Shown: piece after piece, positions 11,620-25,314 of the stretch
Layout: the number at the start of each line of letters is the position of its first letter
Position numbering within the stretch: the first letter of the stretch is position 1
Assembly (NCBI GenBank): GCA_951406725.2
Contig: OX597814.1
Location: forward strand, 210,490,001-210,554,000
Source: Octopus vulgaris
Lineage: Eukaryota
Direction of reading: 5' to 3'
DNA length: 64,000 nt
Notes under the pieces: model-generated
Databases searched by the model: none
Told to the model about the DNA's origin: nothing
The model's input: the letters and a program-made list of their open reading frames with translations, nothing else
Program-made: the position numbers and the translations under genes

Positions 11620-14600
11620 ATATGTAACTATACCTTTTTATACATATACCAAATTACACACGCACACTCACACACAGATTTTTCGACACTGTTAAATATT
11701 CTTCAATATAATCTATTTTCGAGGTATGTGACGCCTCTTTTTTCCCTTCTTACAGATGCAGTTGCTTTTCACGAAACACATTCAAGGTGTTCTTCTGAAG
11801 TACATCAGATCACTAAGTACGAATCTATACATTACTGTAATATATAGATTTGTTCTTAATGACTTGATGTATTTTTATTTCTGTATTTCTTTATTGTTTT
11901 GGAGGATTAGATTCTTATGTATTCCTTAAAGCAACTAAAAAAATTTTTTTTCGAAAATCTGTTCAGAAGACCTTTGATATCTCATCAAGAAACAAAGGAC
12001 TTTAAAATGAGAGTTAACTGTATCGCCATTGAAAACTCTCAAGAATAGAATAAATCATTATCCTATTCTTGGAAGTTGTCAAGGGTGATACTTCTAACTT
12101 TCATTTCAAATTCTTTATAATTTCTTCTGACTCCTTTATTATTACTTCAAATTCTCTCAACAACATTTTCACCCGGATGTCACTGGTCATTTTATGTGTA
12201 AACTATAACATCAAATGCAAGATCTTTCACTTCTGCAGATATAGCACTGTGCGCCCATATCTGCAGCTGAACTATGATATTTCCAAATATAAGTGTTTGT
12301 GTGTTCGTGCATATGTAGTTTATGTGCGTGTGTGGCGGAATGCACATGTACCTCTATGCACATGTGTGCATCCAAGTATTTCTATGCACATTTTCGTTGT
12401 TGTACCATAGATATAAATATATAACGTTATTTGTGTATTTAACCCTACATCCATGCTGGTCGATTTGGGGGCTTTCTTTTGTTTTGGTCTCTCTTTTTCC
12501 TGTTAGGTTTCTCTTTGTGCCAGGAGAAAGATTGGTTCATTCAAATAACGAAGTATTGCGAGAAATTTATGCTGCTTAGCTCTTATTACATATTTCAAAT
12601 CGTTAACCTTATCATTCCAACAACACCCTGACATATGCAAATATACGCATACATTGAACAAAAATGTATTTCATAACTAATGTTAACCTTTATAATTTAC
12701 TTACCTGTAACTAATTTACATTCCTTTAGGGAATGCACCTATTATTTTCCTGATGCTACTACAGCATATATTACATTGTATATGGAAAGAATTTTCCGAA
12801 TTCAAATGGTATTTGCATGCACAACGTCATGATTGGCATTAAAGCACAACTGATTCACCTTCAGGAAGCATTGCTTTAGATAAAAAAATAATTGGAAGAA
12901 ATCACATGACAGGCAACGGAGAAACAGGAATCAGAAAATGAAGTATATGAAGGCGTAAAATATGTGTAGCCAAATATGTTATTTTACACATATACCAATC
13001 TACAATTAAAATACGATGACAAAGTAATAGGGAAACGAATATAACCAAAATAAAGTTACGAGTGAAAACGATATATAGTCCTTTCTGATAAAGGAAATAT
13101 ATCTTACACAAAAATTGGCTTTCTCTAATAGCAATATTTTGGTAATTTCAGATTAGATTTATTAGTAATCATATTTACGAATATGCAGATCCACTATATT
13201 GGAGCAGTGTTCCTTCACATGAGTAAAAGAAATTGGATGTAAATATTCAATACTATTCAAAGTAAAATTATATGATAAAAAAAATTTAACTGAAAATATG
13301 CATATTCAAGACAAATAATTCTCTACAACAGACACGGTTGCCGAAGTGAAGTGGCAAAAGTGTATGAAAAGATTAGAATATATAATGAACTTGTTAGAAA
13401 AAATATAATCAAAACAACATCCAGAGACACGCACTAAAAATTGTCCAACAACATATATATCACTTCTGTCATTAGATAATATTATAAATTAATGAAGACT
13501 TCATTTTATATTTAAAAGTAAATAGTTACTTATAATATATAATAATGACAAATGGAATTGCAAAAAAATTACTTATTACAATAGTAATTTCCAAGAAAAT
13601 CAATTATCTCTCGTGACAATAATCTAACTTGCTATACTTCTTTCTTTAATTTTCTCGTAATGCTGCTTCAACGTCCAAAGGTAGATGCTAAAGTTTTCAA
13701 CATATATGATTTCTGAATCATTATACTTATATGATTGTATTACTTTAAAGAATTATTTTAGTTGTTCTTCTTAGAATTCTTTACAGCATTAATAATTTAA
13801 AATTTAAATTAACTTTCCTTGTTAAATGATGGCGTATAATCTAAAGTTCTACCCAACTCATGAAAAATGTTGAAGTAAAATATTCATACTTCGACTTACA
13901 TAAAAGAAAAAAAAAACATAACACTTACATCTATAACGTAAACAATAGAAAAAGACACGTTAAATTATATCAATAAATGTCCTATGGGAAACATGCCAAA
14001 GCATAACCTACTACCGTATCACGCGAACTAAAGTGGAAATGTAACCATTAATAATAATCCAACCTCTACACCGTCAAGAAAAAATAAACCGTAATTCGAA
14101 TACATATTTATGTAAACAAATTCATTTTAGCTTCAAAAATATTTAAATGTGTAGAATGAACATTTTACTAGAAACACATAAGCACTCTTCTGTATGAAGC
14201 TACAGGTTTTGAGAACTACACCTATATAAGAGACATCTCTTTTGCTTAAAAATGATAAAATACAGAAACTTATAAGGAGAATGTACAGAAATTAATGCAA
14301 AAGTGGGTATCACGATTTTTCATTCACTGAATTCTCATTGCAGGCAATTGTAGCGATTCACACTCACACACATGCGAACTCACGCAGGCACACGCACACA
14401 CACACACATACAAACACACCACACACATAAACGTATTGTAATACCTCCTTTATAGTAACGTTTGATCTTCGTAACAGGCAAACAAAATTCTGGGCATCGG
14501 AAAGTGAGTGAAAAGCGAAAAGCTCGACAGCTGACTCACAAATTCAGCGGAAACTGTTCCAATTTATAAAAGTCATTTGAAGGCAATTAAGACATTTTTT

Positions 14601-16460
14601 TTCTGATCTGTTATCAATGCATAAAATGCGGGCGTATTTCTAGGATGCAAAATGAAGGCCCTCATTTCATATAATGAAGTACCATCTTTTTTCATAAGGC
14701 ATAGTAATTTCGCTACCCAGCTACACATTGTGGCTATTTTAAGGATTCGTATTCATTGTTTGGAATGTGGCTGCACCGAGCAACAAGTTGTAAATTGTGA
14801 CACTCTAAAACAAAGTTCAAAAGCAATTAAGTGGGACATAACGCAGGCAATCGGAAAAACAACCAGGTCACCTATCCAAAGAACAGCCTACATCAAACGT
14901 TTTCATTTAATTTTCGGCGATCCCAAATAACTATTTCAATTGTCTGTGAGAGGTAATCCAATGGCATCCGATAAAGTTAATAAGATTTTGATTAACATAA
15001 ATCCTTTAACTTGATCATTTGATTTGCCATAACGGTACAAATATTCTGGATGCCCATCTCTGCACCTTAGTTGAGATATATTTCCGATGAGCTGATGCAT
15101 TATGTCTGATTTTCAAGGAAATTATTTAAAAGGATTTCTTACGACATAAGTGTTTCTCGACAACAGATCTGGATGCCACGTTGAGGGTGATAAATTCATA
15201 CTTAAGTGTTTCTGTTTTGCTATTTCTATTTATTTTTGAATTTTTGTAGCGGGAAACGTGTATTTATTTACTAGTTGTATAGAAGAATTATCAGGAGGTT
15301 GTATATAAAAGTGTTTATTACCTTACGTACGTTTGTGCATATATGTATGTATGCATATATATATATGTAATTATAGAGGGACATGTAGTTGTAAGTGAAT
15401 ATGGTGTATTAAATACTCTAAAGATAAATGCCACGTCAAAATTTTGATATAAATATTGAAGAGCCTCTCTCTAAACATTGAATTATGCAATATGAAATTT
15501 AAGTTCCAGTCGTTAGATACAAGAATCACTATTTGTTGATTAAGTCAAATGAAACTACCACAACCTCTCCACTCAATAACGAACACCCAGGCAAACATAC
15601 ATACGCAAACAGAAACACACATATAAAAATGATTTTTTTATTTATACTTCCTTCTTGACAGTTGCATTCCGATAAAGAAATATAGGATTGGAGATTTTCC
15701 AATTCTAACTATGTCTAGCTTGATATCTTTTGGAAGAGAAGTACAGAATTCACAAAGAAAAGAAGCTGAAAAATGTACATAGTAAGTAGTATATTAATTC
15801 GAATATTTGGTAATAATAAAAGAATTATTATAGTTGAGTTTGTTGCAATAAATTGTTGATCAACAGATATGGCAAACAAATTATTCTCATTTGGAATAAC
15901 ATTAAAGAAAAACTGATATCACAAATGCGCTTCTAATATTTGTATATTATTTTATTCAATATAAAATCTGAGCAATATTCTAATTTCTTAAAAGACGACA
16001 TTCACAAACACACCCGCATACATAATATGTGTGCCTGTTTCTACGTGGGAATATATGTGTCACTGCGCAAATGAACACTAAAAGCAGTAAACACTGAAAT
16101 CATATATATATATATATGTGTGTGTGCGTGTGAGTGAGTACATAAAATATACATGTTTATATATGGATGTATATATGTAGCCTACGTAGCAGATATATAC
16201 ACAGTGAAACATTTTATTATTTCTCCGCATACTGAGTGTAAGATGAATAGTCTTTAACGGTTTACGAACGATTTTGGGGTCACATCAGAGGGTTTACAAC
16301 TATTTGACCAATGGCATAGAATATACAAACATACCGATGTATGTAAGTATGTATGTATATATGTATGCACGCATGTATGTATGTATTTATGTATGTATTT
16401 ATGTTTGCACGTATGTATGTGTTTATGTATGTAATTATGTATATATTCATTTATATATAC

Positions 16461-16980
16461 CCAGTACAACCTGTTGCACGATCTGGTCGTCGGCGACTAA
16501 ACCAGCAACCCCACCAAGCTTGCTTGGTGAGGAGAGTGTTTATTGGACACCCTACGGGATGAAAAACAAATCCCGTCAAGGGGCGGAGGAACTCTTGAGA
16601 GTCAACGGCCATCCAATAAATGTCTTAAGGCTGTATCACGCACGGGGGCATAGAAATAATCGAACTGAATATCCGGTCGCGCGGTTAAACCATTGGGAGT
16701 GAAGGACTCCTAGCCTTTGTTAGGGCATCCTTCTAGGAGAAGGTAACTCAGGTAACTGGGATAACTCCGACATAAAACCTGCGGCTCAGTGGTTACCGAT
16801 GATGTTGACTTGTTCTTCTTTTCGGATTATGGCTGCTGTTGCTTAGTGAGTGGGATTGACTCAGTGCACAGCCTTTCCTCACTTAAAAAAATCTTTTTGC
16901 ACAGGCATTGCACGATAACAACATTGATTAAGCTTCATGCAATGGCGATACTCGATAACGAGGTGGGCAGCCACCATGCA
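16461..16980 (+). mobile_element. RTE-like 5' UTR-derived non-coding element
   Basis: GC-rich and rich in hairpins. tagggcatccttctaggagaaggtaactc resembles the recalled RTE 5' UTR motif GGGCAACCAGTCTAGGAGAAGGAAAACTC. No transposon ORF. Confidence 0.55.
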
Positions 16981-17045
16981 TTTATATACGTATATGTGTG
17001 TATGTATGTATGTATGTATATAGACATATACAAAGGATGAAGATA

Positions 17046-17122
17046 CAAGCTACTAATAGTTTCTAACTTTGGAGACGTAGGTCTAGACCGGATTTTTAAC
17101 CTGAAGTAATCTTCAGGTTGAT
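17046..17122 (-). ncRNA. Type I hammerhead ribozyme motif
   Basis: Minus strand: caac-CTGAAGA-ttactt...aagtta-GAAA-ctattag-TA-gcttg. Core intact, stems I and II imperfect. Confidence 0.55.
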
Positions 17123-17696
17123 GGTCTATTCAGTTTCGCCTCTTCAGAACGCTGATACAAGAGAAATCACGGGGGGGGAGGAACTAGAAATAGATAAATG
17201 CAAAAATGTTGGTGGGTGAATAAACAGGTAAAAAGTAAGGACTGAGAGGAAAAGATAAGAAAGAATATTAGGATTATGTTCCCTTTGACCCTACAACCTT
17301 AATTATGCTGGCTGTTCTAGAATAATTCAACGGTGAGCTATCCTAAGCCTGCGAGACATCTGTGCAGTCCGAAAAGGCCAGTAAGCAAAAATTTATATGC
17401 AGGTCAACAACTCAGGATCTAACACCCACACCCACAGACACACACACACATGCACAAACACGTGTGTGTGTGTATGTATGTATAACAATTATTAAGGTGG
17501 TTATTAGCAATTTAGAATCTGTGACGGAGTAATGGGTGTCTAATAAAGATTAATCAAATCTGAAATCAGTATTGATATGACTCCATCTCACTTGCTGAAC
17601 ACCACAGATTTTCACTGATAACATTAATGGAAATCGGAGGAATAAGGAAAAGTTCTAAGCCCCCGTACCAATAACGGAGAAAATCGTAAATTGAAA

Positions 17697-17863
<167 letters not shown>

Positions 17864-18834
17864 TGAATTTATAGGCAAATATAACTGCACATATTTTTAC
17901 GTATCTTTTTTAATGTTAAAAATTTTCCAGACACAGAAGCAGTGTGGTCAAGTTTTGGGAATTTAGCATAAAAATCCTGGTATATCCGATTCGCAAGTTT
18001 TGGTAAACTTGAATATTTTTTAGGAAAGCACGGGAAAGAACGAAATTTGTGTAGCTGGCAACAACATGGGAGTTCGTCACGTAAATCATAAATGTAATTC
18101 AAAGATCGAATTTTATGCCCGCTTCTATCTGATTCCTTTCGCTGATTACTTTAGGCTTGCTCCTCTCTTGCGAATACGCAACCACTTTATAAGTTTTATC
18201 AATAAGGTAATAACTGAAATAGCAGAACAATTAAAATCTCATGACTGGAAATTGTGGATGAGATCCATTAATTATGCATGATTTTAAGTAAAACCCCAAG
18301 ATGGAAGGATGTTCCGTCATAAAAAATGCGGTGCTTAAATTTCTGGGACGCAATATGAAGGTGGGCAGTTATGTTTGCTGGCTGGTTGAACGACTTCAAG
18401 CATGTAATTGTAGTACGGGGTTAATACAAAGTCTGATGAGTTTATACGTTGTTGGACAATTTGGTTTCTGGCCTGAATCTCTATTGGTTAAGACGATCAA
18501 CGATCCTTCGGCCAACAAAGTGTCCGCTCGTGAAAGTGAGTTCAAGTAGCTGAGCACTCCATAGACACGAGATACCTGAACGTCAATCCAGCGTGACATA
18601 GTACGGTGTAAATGTACGCCTTTCATTTATATGTCCAACTCATATATACGAGCTCAATGGACAGGAGCATTATACAATGAATTTTCATGCTCAAAGGTCG
18701 CTGGTAAACAAACTCACGACTTTACGATCATGACCCGAGTAACATAAATATTAAAAAACGGGCCTTCTGCGTAATGCTAGATTACAAATTTCTGGGACGC
18801 AATATGATGGTGGGCAGTTAGTGGCACTGGCTGG

Positions 18835-18892
<58 letters not shown>

Positions 18893-18911
18893 AGTAAAAA
18901 AAAATATACAA

Positions 18912-18964
<53 letters not shown>

Positions 18965-18971
18965 TTTTTTC

Positions 18972-19392
18972 ACTCTTTTACTCTTTACTTGTTTCAGTCA
19001 TTTGACTGGAGCACCGCCATGCTGACGCATGCTGGAGCACCACCTTTAATCGAGCAACTCGACCCCAGGACTTATTCTTTGTAAGCCCAGTACTTATTCT
19101 ATCTGTTTTTCTTTGCTGAACCGCTAAGTAACGGGGACATAAACACACCAGCATCGGTTGTCATGCAATGCTAGGGGTACAAACACAGACACACAAACAC
19201 ACACACGCATATATATATATATATACATATATACGACGGGCTTCTTTCAGTTTCCGTCTACAAATCTCACAATGCTTTGATCAGCCCAATGCTATAGTAG
19301 AAGACACTTGCCCAAGGTGCCACGCAGTGGGACTGAACCCGGAACCATGTGGTTGGTAAACAAGCTACTTACCACACAGCCACGCCTGCACC
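18972..19392 (-). mobile_element. tRNA-derived SINE family A, near full length
   Basis: Reverse complement of the 35498-35930 copy, including the head (GGCGTGGCTGTGTGGTAAGTAGCTTG..GGTTCCGGGTTCAGTCCC) and a CORE-like CCTTGGGCAAGT. Confidence 0.9.
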
Positions 19393-19420
19393 TATCTATA
19401 TCTATATATATATATATCTA

Positions 19421-19499
<79 letters not shown>

Positions 19500-19976
19500 G
19501 TGTGTGTGTGTATGTGTGTTTGTCTGTATGTATGTATATATGTGTGTAAGTACGCATATATGGAATTAATAAAATCATAAAGCAGTAAAACAGTCATATG
19601 TTAGCTCTTCTAGCATCTAAAGGGCAACTCTTACGAAGACTGCTTCAACAAGCAGATGGATATGAGTAGATTTCGTTTATAACTCTGTACCTTTAAAATA
19701 AGTCTATGTAAATATGCATAAAGATAGGTATTTATCTACAGTTCCATCGATATGTTTGCATTTTTATGTTCCTCAATCCGTGAGTTAGTGTGTGTTTACA
19801 TGTATATGAAATATACGGCAGAATCAGCAAAGCTCGGAGTAAACTCTGAAGTGGAAGACTGTCAATTTTTGCTTTAGTAAACATATTCATCCGAACCACA
19901 TAACGCATTGAATTTTATGCCATGAAATGTTTGCATTGCGTTAAATAAATTGTAATTCATTTTCAAATACTTGAAT

Positions 19977-20070
19977 TACCTACTTACCTACCTACATACC
20001 TACCTACCTACCTACCTACCTACCTACCTACCTACCTACCTACCTACCTACCTACCTACCTACCTACCTA
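19977..20070 (+). repeat. (CCTA)n tetranucleotide repeat
   Basis: Read directly. Confidence 0.95.
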
Positions 20071-20167
20071 CGTGCATGCCTAGCTACCTGCATGCCTCCT
20101 GCCTACCTGCCTACCTACTTATATCTACCTACCAGCATACATACATACATACATGTATGTATGTATG

Positions 20168-20202
<35 letters not shown>

Positions 20203-20641
20203 ACATATATATACATACATGCAGAAGCATACACATACACACTCTCACACACACATACACACACACATATATGTATACATATATATACCTATATATGTTT
20301 ATGTGAGTGTATATCCTTACTTTATCATAATTATATTACCCCATAATTCCTATGAATACACACACTCACACACATATTTATATATATATGTATGTATGTA
20401 TGTGTGTACACGATTATAATTATATTTTCGTATACTTCCTTCCTGACAGTAGGCTTCGAAATAAACAAATACAAGACTGGATAATTTCCAATTCTAGCCT
20501 TGTGCAGATGGTATCTTTTGAAAGTGAAGCACACACGAACGCTCACCGCACTCACACATACTTACATACACATATACATACATACATACATACATACATA
20601 CATACATACATACATACATACGTACGTACGTACGTACGTAC

Positions 20642-20683
<42 letters not shown>

Positions 20684-20807
20684 AATATTAGGGAATAAAT
20701 CCAAATTTATACATATTTTGACTTAATCAATACATATATATATATATATAAAACTGACTTATTGAAATCCACCTGAAGATTGTCGATCAAGACAAGAACC
20801 AATTGTA

Positions 20808-20844
<37 letters not shown>

Positions 20845-20979
20845 CCGAGTGTATTAATTCGAAATATTTGTTAATAATTACAAATTTGTCTTATGCAGTC
20901 TTACAAGAGATTTTTCATCACATTTCTTTAATTCTTTTTCTGACATAAATTCACATAGTTAAAAAATAATGTTCGAAAC

Positions 20980-21031
<52 letters not shown>

Positions 21032-21141
21032 ATATGTGTGTAAGTACGCATATATCGAAATAATAAAATCGTAAAGCAGTAAAACACTCGTATGTTAGCT
21101 CTTCTAGCATCTATGAGTGGATTTAGTTTATAAATTTGTAC

Positions 21142-21345
21142 GTGACCTCGTGTGTACTGTTGGCGATTTTTTTCCCCTCTGTCTTCCCTTCTCTGGATCT
21201 TTCCTTCTCTTATGTTTTCGACGAAGAGCTCCGCTCGAAACGTTAGACCCTCCTTCTTTCCTTCTTTCCTGAGCGTCCAATGATACTATATTTATTCCAC
21301 GTCCTCGCGTTGTTGTGATTTTTGGGCTTTCTTGGTTGGATTAAC
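21142..21345 (+). mobile_element. PLE pLTR-like repeat with degenerate minimal hammerhead (21214-21248)
   Basis: Homologous to 2346-2556: gttt-TCGACGA-a-gagc-tcc-gctc-GAAA-CG-TT-agac. Confidence 0.65.
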
Positions 21346-21373
21346 TATATATATATATATGTATGTATATGTG

Positions 21374-21441
<68 letters not shown>

Positions 21442-21504
21442 ATTAATTAAATTAATATTCAATTTATCTCCCGCATTATTTAAATGTTATATATATATAT
21501 ACGC

Positions 21505-21670
21505 ATATTCTTTTATTCTTCTGTTTGTTTCAGTGATTTGACTGCGGCCATGCTGCAGCAACACCTTTAGTCAAACGTATCAACCCCAAGACTTATTCTT
21601 TGTAAGCCTAGCTATTATTCTATCAGTTTTGCCGAACCGCTAAGTTACGAGGACTTAAACACACCAACAT
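21505..21670 (-). mobile_element. SINE family A 3' fragment
   Basis: gtttcagtgatttgactgcggccatgctg...gccgaaccgctaagttacg. Confidence 0.8.
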
Positions 21671-21899
21671 GAGACAGATATTTATTTTTAGCAGTGGTTA
21701 GTCCATATTTTCTAATAATGCCCCTTCCTGATATCAACAAGCGATATGTATCCAAATACATCCAATCGCATGCATCGCCTTCAGTTAGGTGTTCGTGTAC
21801 TAGTTGATTTGAAGTTAGTGATACCTTTGGTAGGCTTCACTAGCGTCTCTTGTCTCGCCATGGCATATTTACCCAAATTAAAGTTAAGGTTTATAACAA

Positions 21900-22680
21900 A
21901 TGTGTTCTGCCATCATTGTTCTATGCAAGTCAGACACGAGTAATTTATCGTACAAGTCTGAAGCATTTTGAACGATTCCATCAACAGTAATCGGAAAATT
22001 CTTCGAATAAAACCTGAGGATGGAGATTATTGATGTTGAAGTACTTGAGACATCGATCGTTCTTCAAAGTCGTTTGCGGTGTGGGGTGGACATGTGGTGA
22101 GAATGAATGGTGAAAATCTTCCAAAGCAAATTTTGAATGGTGAGCTGACAGATTGTAAAAGGCCAGCAGATAAACCTAAAATGAGTTTCAATGTCTGTCT
22201 TAAAACTGCTTTCACACAAACACTTATTTCAGATATTTGTTTGGGAGAGTGGAGCACAGCACCAAAATAAGTGGAGGAAAATGTTGCGCAACAGTTGCTG
22301 GAAATTTGCCAGAGAGAATGAAGCATAGATGATTAGGAGAAAGCTTAGAAAAAATGAACCAGCAGAAAATGAAGGAGTATTGATTTTTACGTGTGTAATC
22401 TGCAGAAGGCTATGCTTGAATGTGCAGGATTGGTCAGCCATCAAACTAGCCACAGGAATATACACTTTGTAAATTATGATACAGCTATCGTTGACAACAG
22501 AACATATACAACCTGTAGAAAGGTGTGGCATTAAGTTGGAGGATAAGAGAAACAGGTCAAATGACTTCAGACTGAGGCACTGGTTCCTTCTGATAGCCAG
22601 CACAACTATGTGTTATGCAATGACATGTGCAAGTCTTTGACGGAGCGCAAGAATCATAAAGGGGCCTCACAGTCCTTTAT
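21900..22680 (+). mobile_element. RTE-clade LINE 3' remnant with decayed C-terminal zinc fingers
   Basis: LKHFERFHQQ ... WGGHVVRMNGENLPKQILNGEL ... KP, then FTCVICRRLC and a frameshifted GLVSHQTSH. Many stops and frameshifts. Confidence 0.8.
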
Positions 22681-22759
22681 CTATAACTCTTAGATGTACG
22701 AGTATACACCGGTATACATATATATATATAAATATACACAAAGACGCGTGCACACATAT

Positions 22760-22791
<32 letters not shown>

Positions 22792-23116
22792 ACACACACA
22801 AACACAAACATATATATAATTTAACGTACAAGATAATAAATAGCTCAATATAGATTTCAGTAATAGTACATGCTTATGGTGTAATAAATTTTGTGAAGAC
22901 AAGTTCACCTCATGTTAGTTGCATCGGGTGAAATGACATGAATATTCACTGGGGTTGGAATCCTGTATATCATAAATATATCAACAAAATACATTTGTGC
23001 CTGGCTATCACAGAGACGTGCAGTAAACCGTGCAGAAACAAATGTATATACAACCGCAACAGCTCTTATATAAATGCACAATTTAATAGCTCTGCATCTT
23101 TATATTATTTCACTTT

Positions 23117-23166
<50 letters not shown>

Positions 23167-23271
23167 TAGTGTTGTCCCTATATTCGTTCAGAAACATTTA
23201 TGGTAATGTCGTATTTTTAGTCAATCCTTGACATTTTCCCCTCATATATATAAAAACGTGTACGCGCGTGT

Positions 23272-23311
<40 letters not shown>

Positions 23312-23789
23312 TATTTGAATGTTTTGCGTTCTTGTCCCATTTTGTATTTTTATATATATTTTTTATACATATATAGAATATATATATCTTTTTCTCTATG
23401 TCTTTCTCACCTCCTGCGCACACATGCACAGGCAAACGAATAACAAAAGTTTTCTCAGTATATAAGTTGATAAAATATGTAAGTGAAACAATCAGGTTTT
23501 ATTTCAATCTGCATCTGCATTTTCTTGATCGTAACACAGGGTTTCATACAACCGAGTATTGGAACATATATATTAGAGGGATGACTGTACCAATAACCAA
23601 GCAAGCATGTTCGAGAAGCAACCATTCTCCTCATTATTGCCTTGACACATTACAATACACTGGCATTGAATATAGAATACGTTTTATACAGTATTGTAAG
23701 ATTATACTAAAAATAAATACACACAATTATACAGAACATTGACTGTTCTTAATACTCTACTATTCATTTCTTAATATGACTATGTATCT

Positions 23790-24090
23790 CTTTGGGGAAG
23801 TGCTTTCTGCTATAGGCCCGTGCCAGTCAAAATCATTTCAATGGATTTGGTAGGCTCAAACTGAAAGAATGTATAGTGTGCGTGTTAGTGTGTGGGTGTG
23901 TGTCCGGCCGTCCACTGCTTGACAACCGCTGTTTGTTTACATCCTCGTAACATAGTAGGTCGTCATGAAAGACGGTCAGAATAATTACCAGACGTTAAGA
24001 AATAAGAACTGAGAGCGATTTGTTCGACTAAAACACTTTCAGACTGTGCCTTAGCAAGGTTGCATTCCAATGACTGTCAACAAACAAAAG
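23790..24090 (+). mobile_element. Old, degenerate SINE family A-related copy
   Basis: ttggggaagtgctttctgctataggcc..ggatttggtagg..aactgaaagaa..gcttgacaaccg. Confidence 0.65.
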
Positions 24091-25260
24091 GAAACATTAG
24101 TTCTCATTGGCAATATTAACTGCTAACTCGTTGAAATTATGATACCAACACCGTGTACTTTAAATACATAGGGCGTTCAGGTGACCTATTGCTTCAGCAA
24201 AGAGTTAACGTCTTCGATAAACAGTAAGTACCAGAGAAGGCTTCCCAAAATAAGCAAGAAAATCTCTTATGTTGTATTAAATTTTAAATTCAACAGTGTT
24301 TCATATTTTCCATTTCAACAGTATATTCTTATCTGACACCTTGGCAGGTGGTAATAGTTGTATATTTCCGTTGTCTTACGGATGAAACTTTGCTTAATAT
24401 CATCACAATTACATCCATAATTTGGGATAAACTGCAAGACAATTTATACGTACACAATACGAAATTGTAAGTTTAAAGAATGATAATATTATAAAATAAA
24501 TTGAATCAGTTGCTTGCCTACATTCACAGGTCTTGATTTCCTATTTCGAAAGGCACATGCATATTTCTCACCTGCGGTTGAATAAAAAACGGAATGTTTA
24601 GTTTGACCTAAAATGAACGTTTGTGAAATTGCTACAAATATTTTCATTCAGGCATTACAAACAAAAGGCTCTTTCTTTAGACGAGTTCAAATGAGGAAGA
24701 TAAATGCATGCTTGTATCTATGAAGTTCTTTGCCAGAATGCTAGAACACTGATAACATTTTTGGAATTATTCATTCACCACTACAGTTGTTTCATTTGCT
24801 GATAAGAGTTACAAAATCGTACATGTAGGAAAAACAGGTAAGATATTTCCTATTATGAATTCTTCAGAGAATCAAATAATATTGTGTCAACTTACGCTTT
24901 GAAAACATTTGATTATAACCCTACATACATGTATGTATATATATATAAAAAGGCAAGAAATATTAAGCGATTATCTCCCTTACACCGGAAGAAATCACTT
25001 ATTACCTCCCCTTACCTGTAACTCTTCTTTACACTTCTCAACGAAAAGATAACGATGTAAGAAATGTGAAAAGCTGAACGCGAAACCGGTCATTTCTTCA
25101 AAAACTATGTTACTGTATGAAAAAAAATTTATAACATTCTTCTGACATAATGACTCAAATATATATTTTTTAACCTTTTAAAACAAGCCTTCTGTAGTTT
25201 TTTCACTTTTTACTATTTTCTATATAGTCAACCACGTGCTTTCACACACCAACTTTCTCA

Positions 25261-25314
<54 letters not shown>

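Noticed and set aside
12731-13111. Candidate exon and hydrophobic ORF
   Set aside because: No recognisable domain; such splice-like signals are expected by chance in AT-rich DNA.
14600-15130. Possible LRR-like pseudogene on the minus strand (LPLTDN*NSYL)
   Set aside because: One weak motif with many stops in all frames tried.
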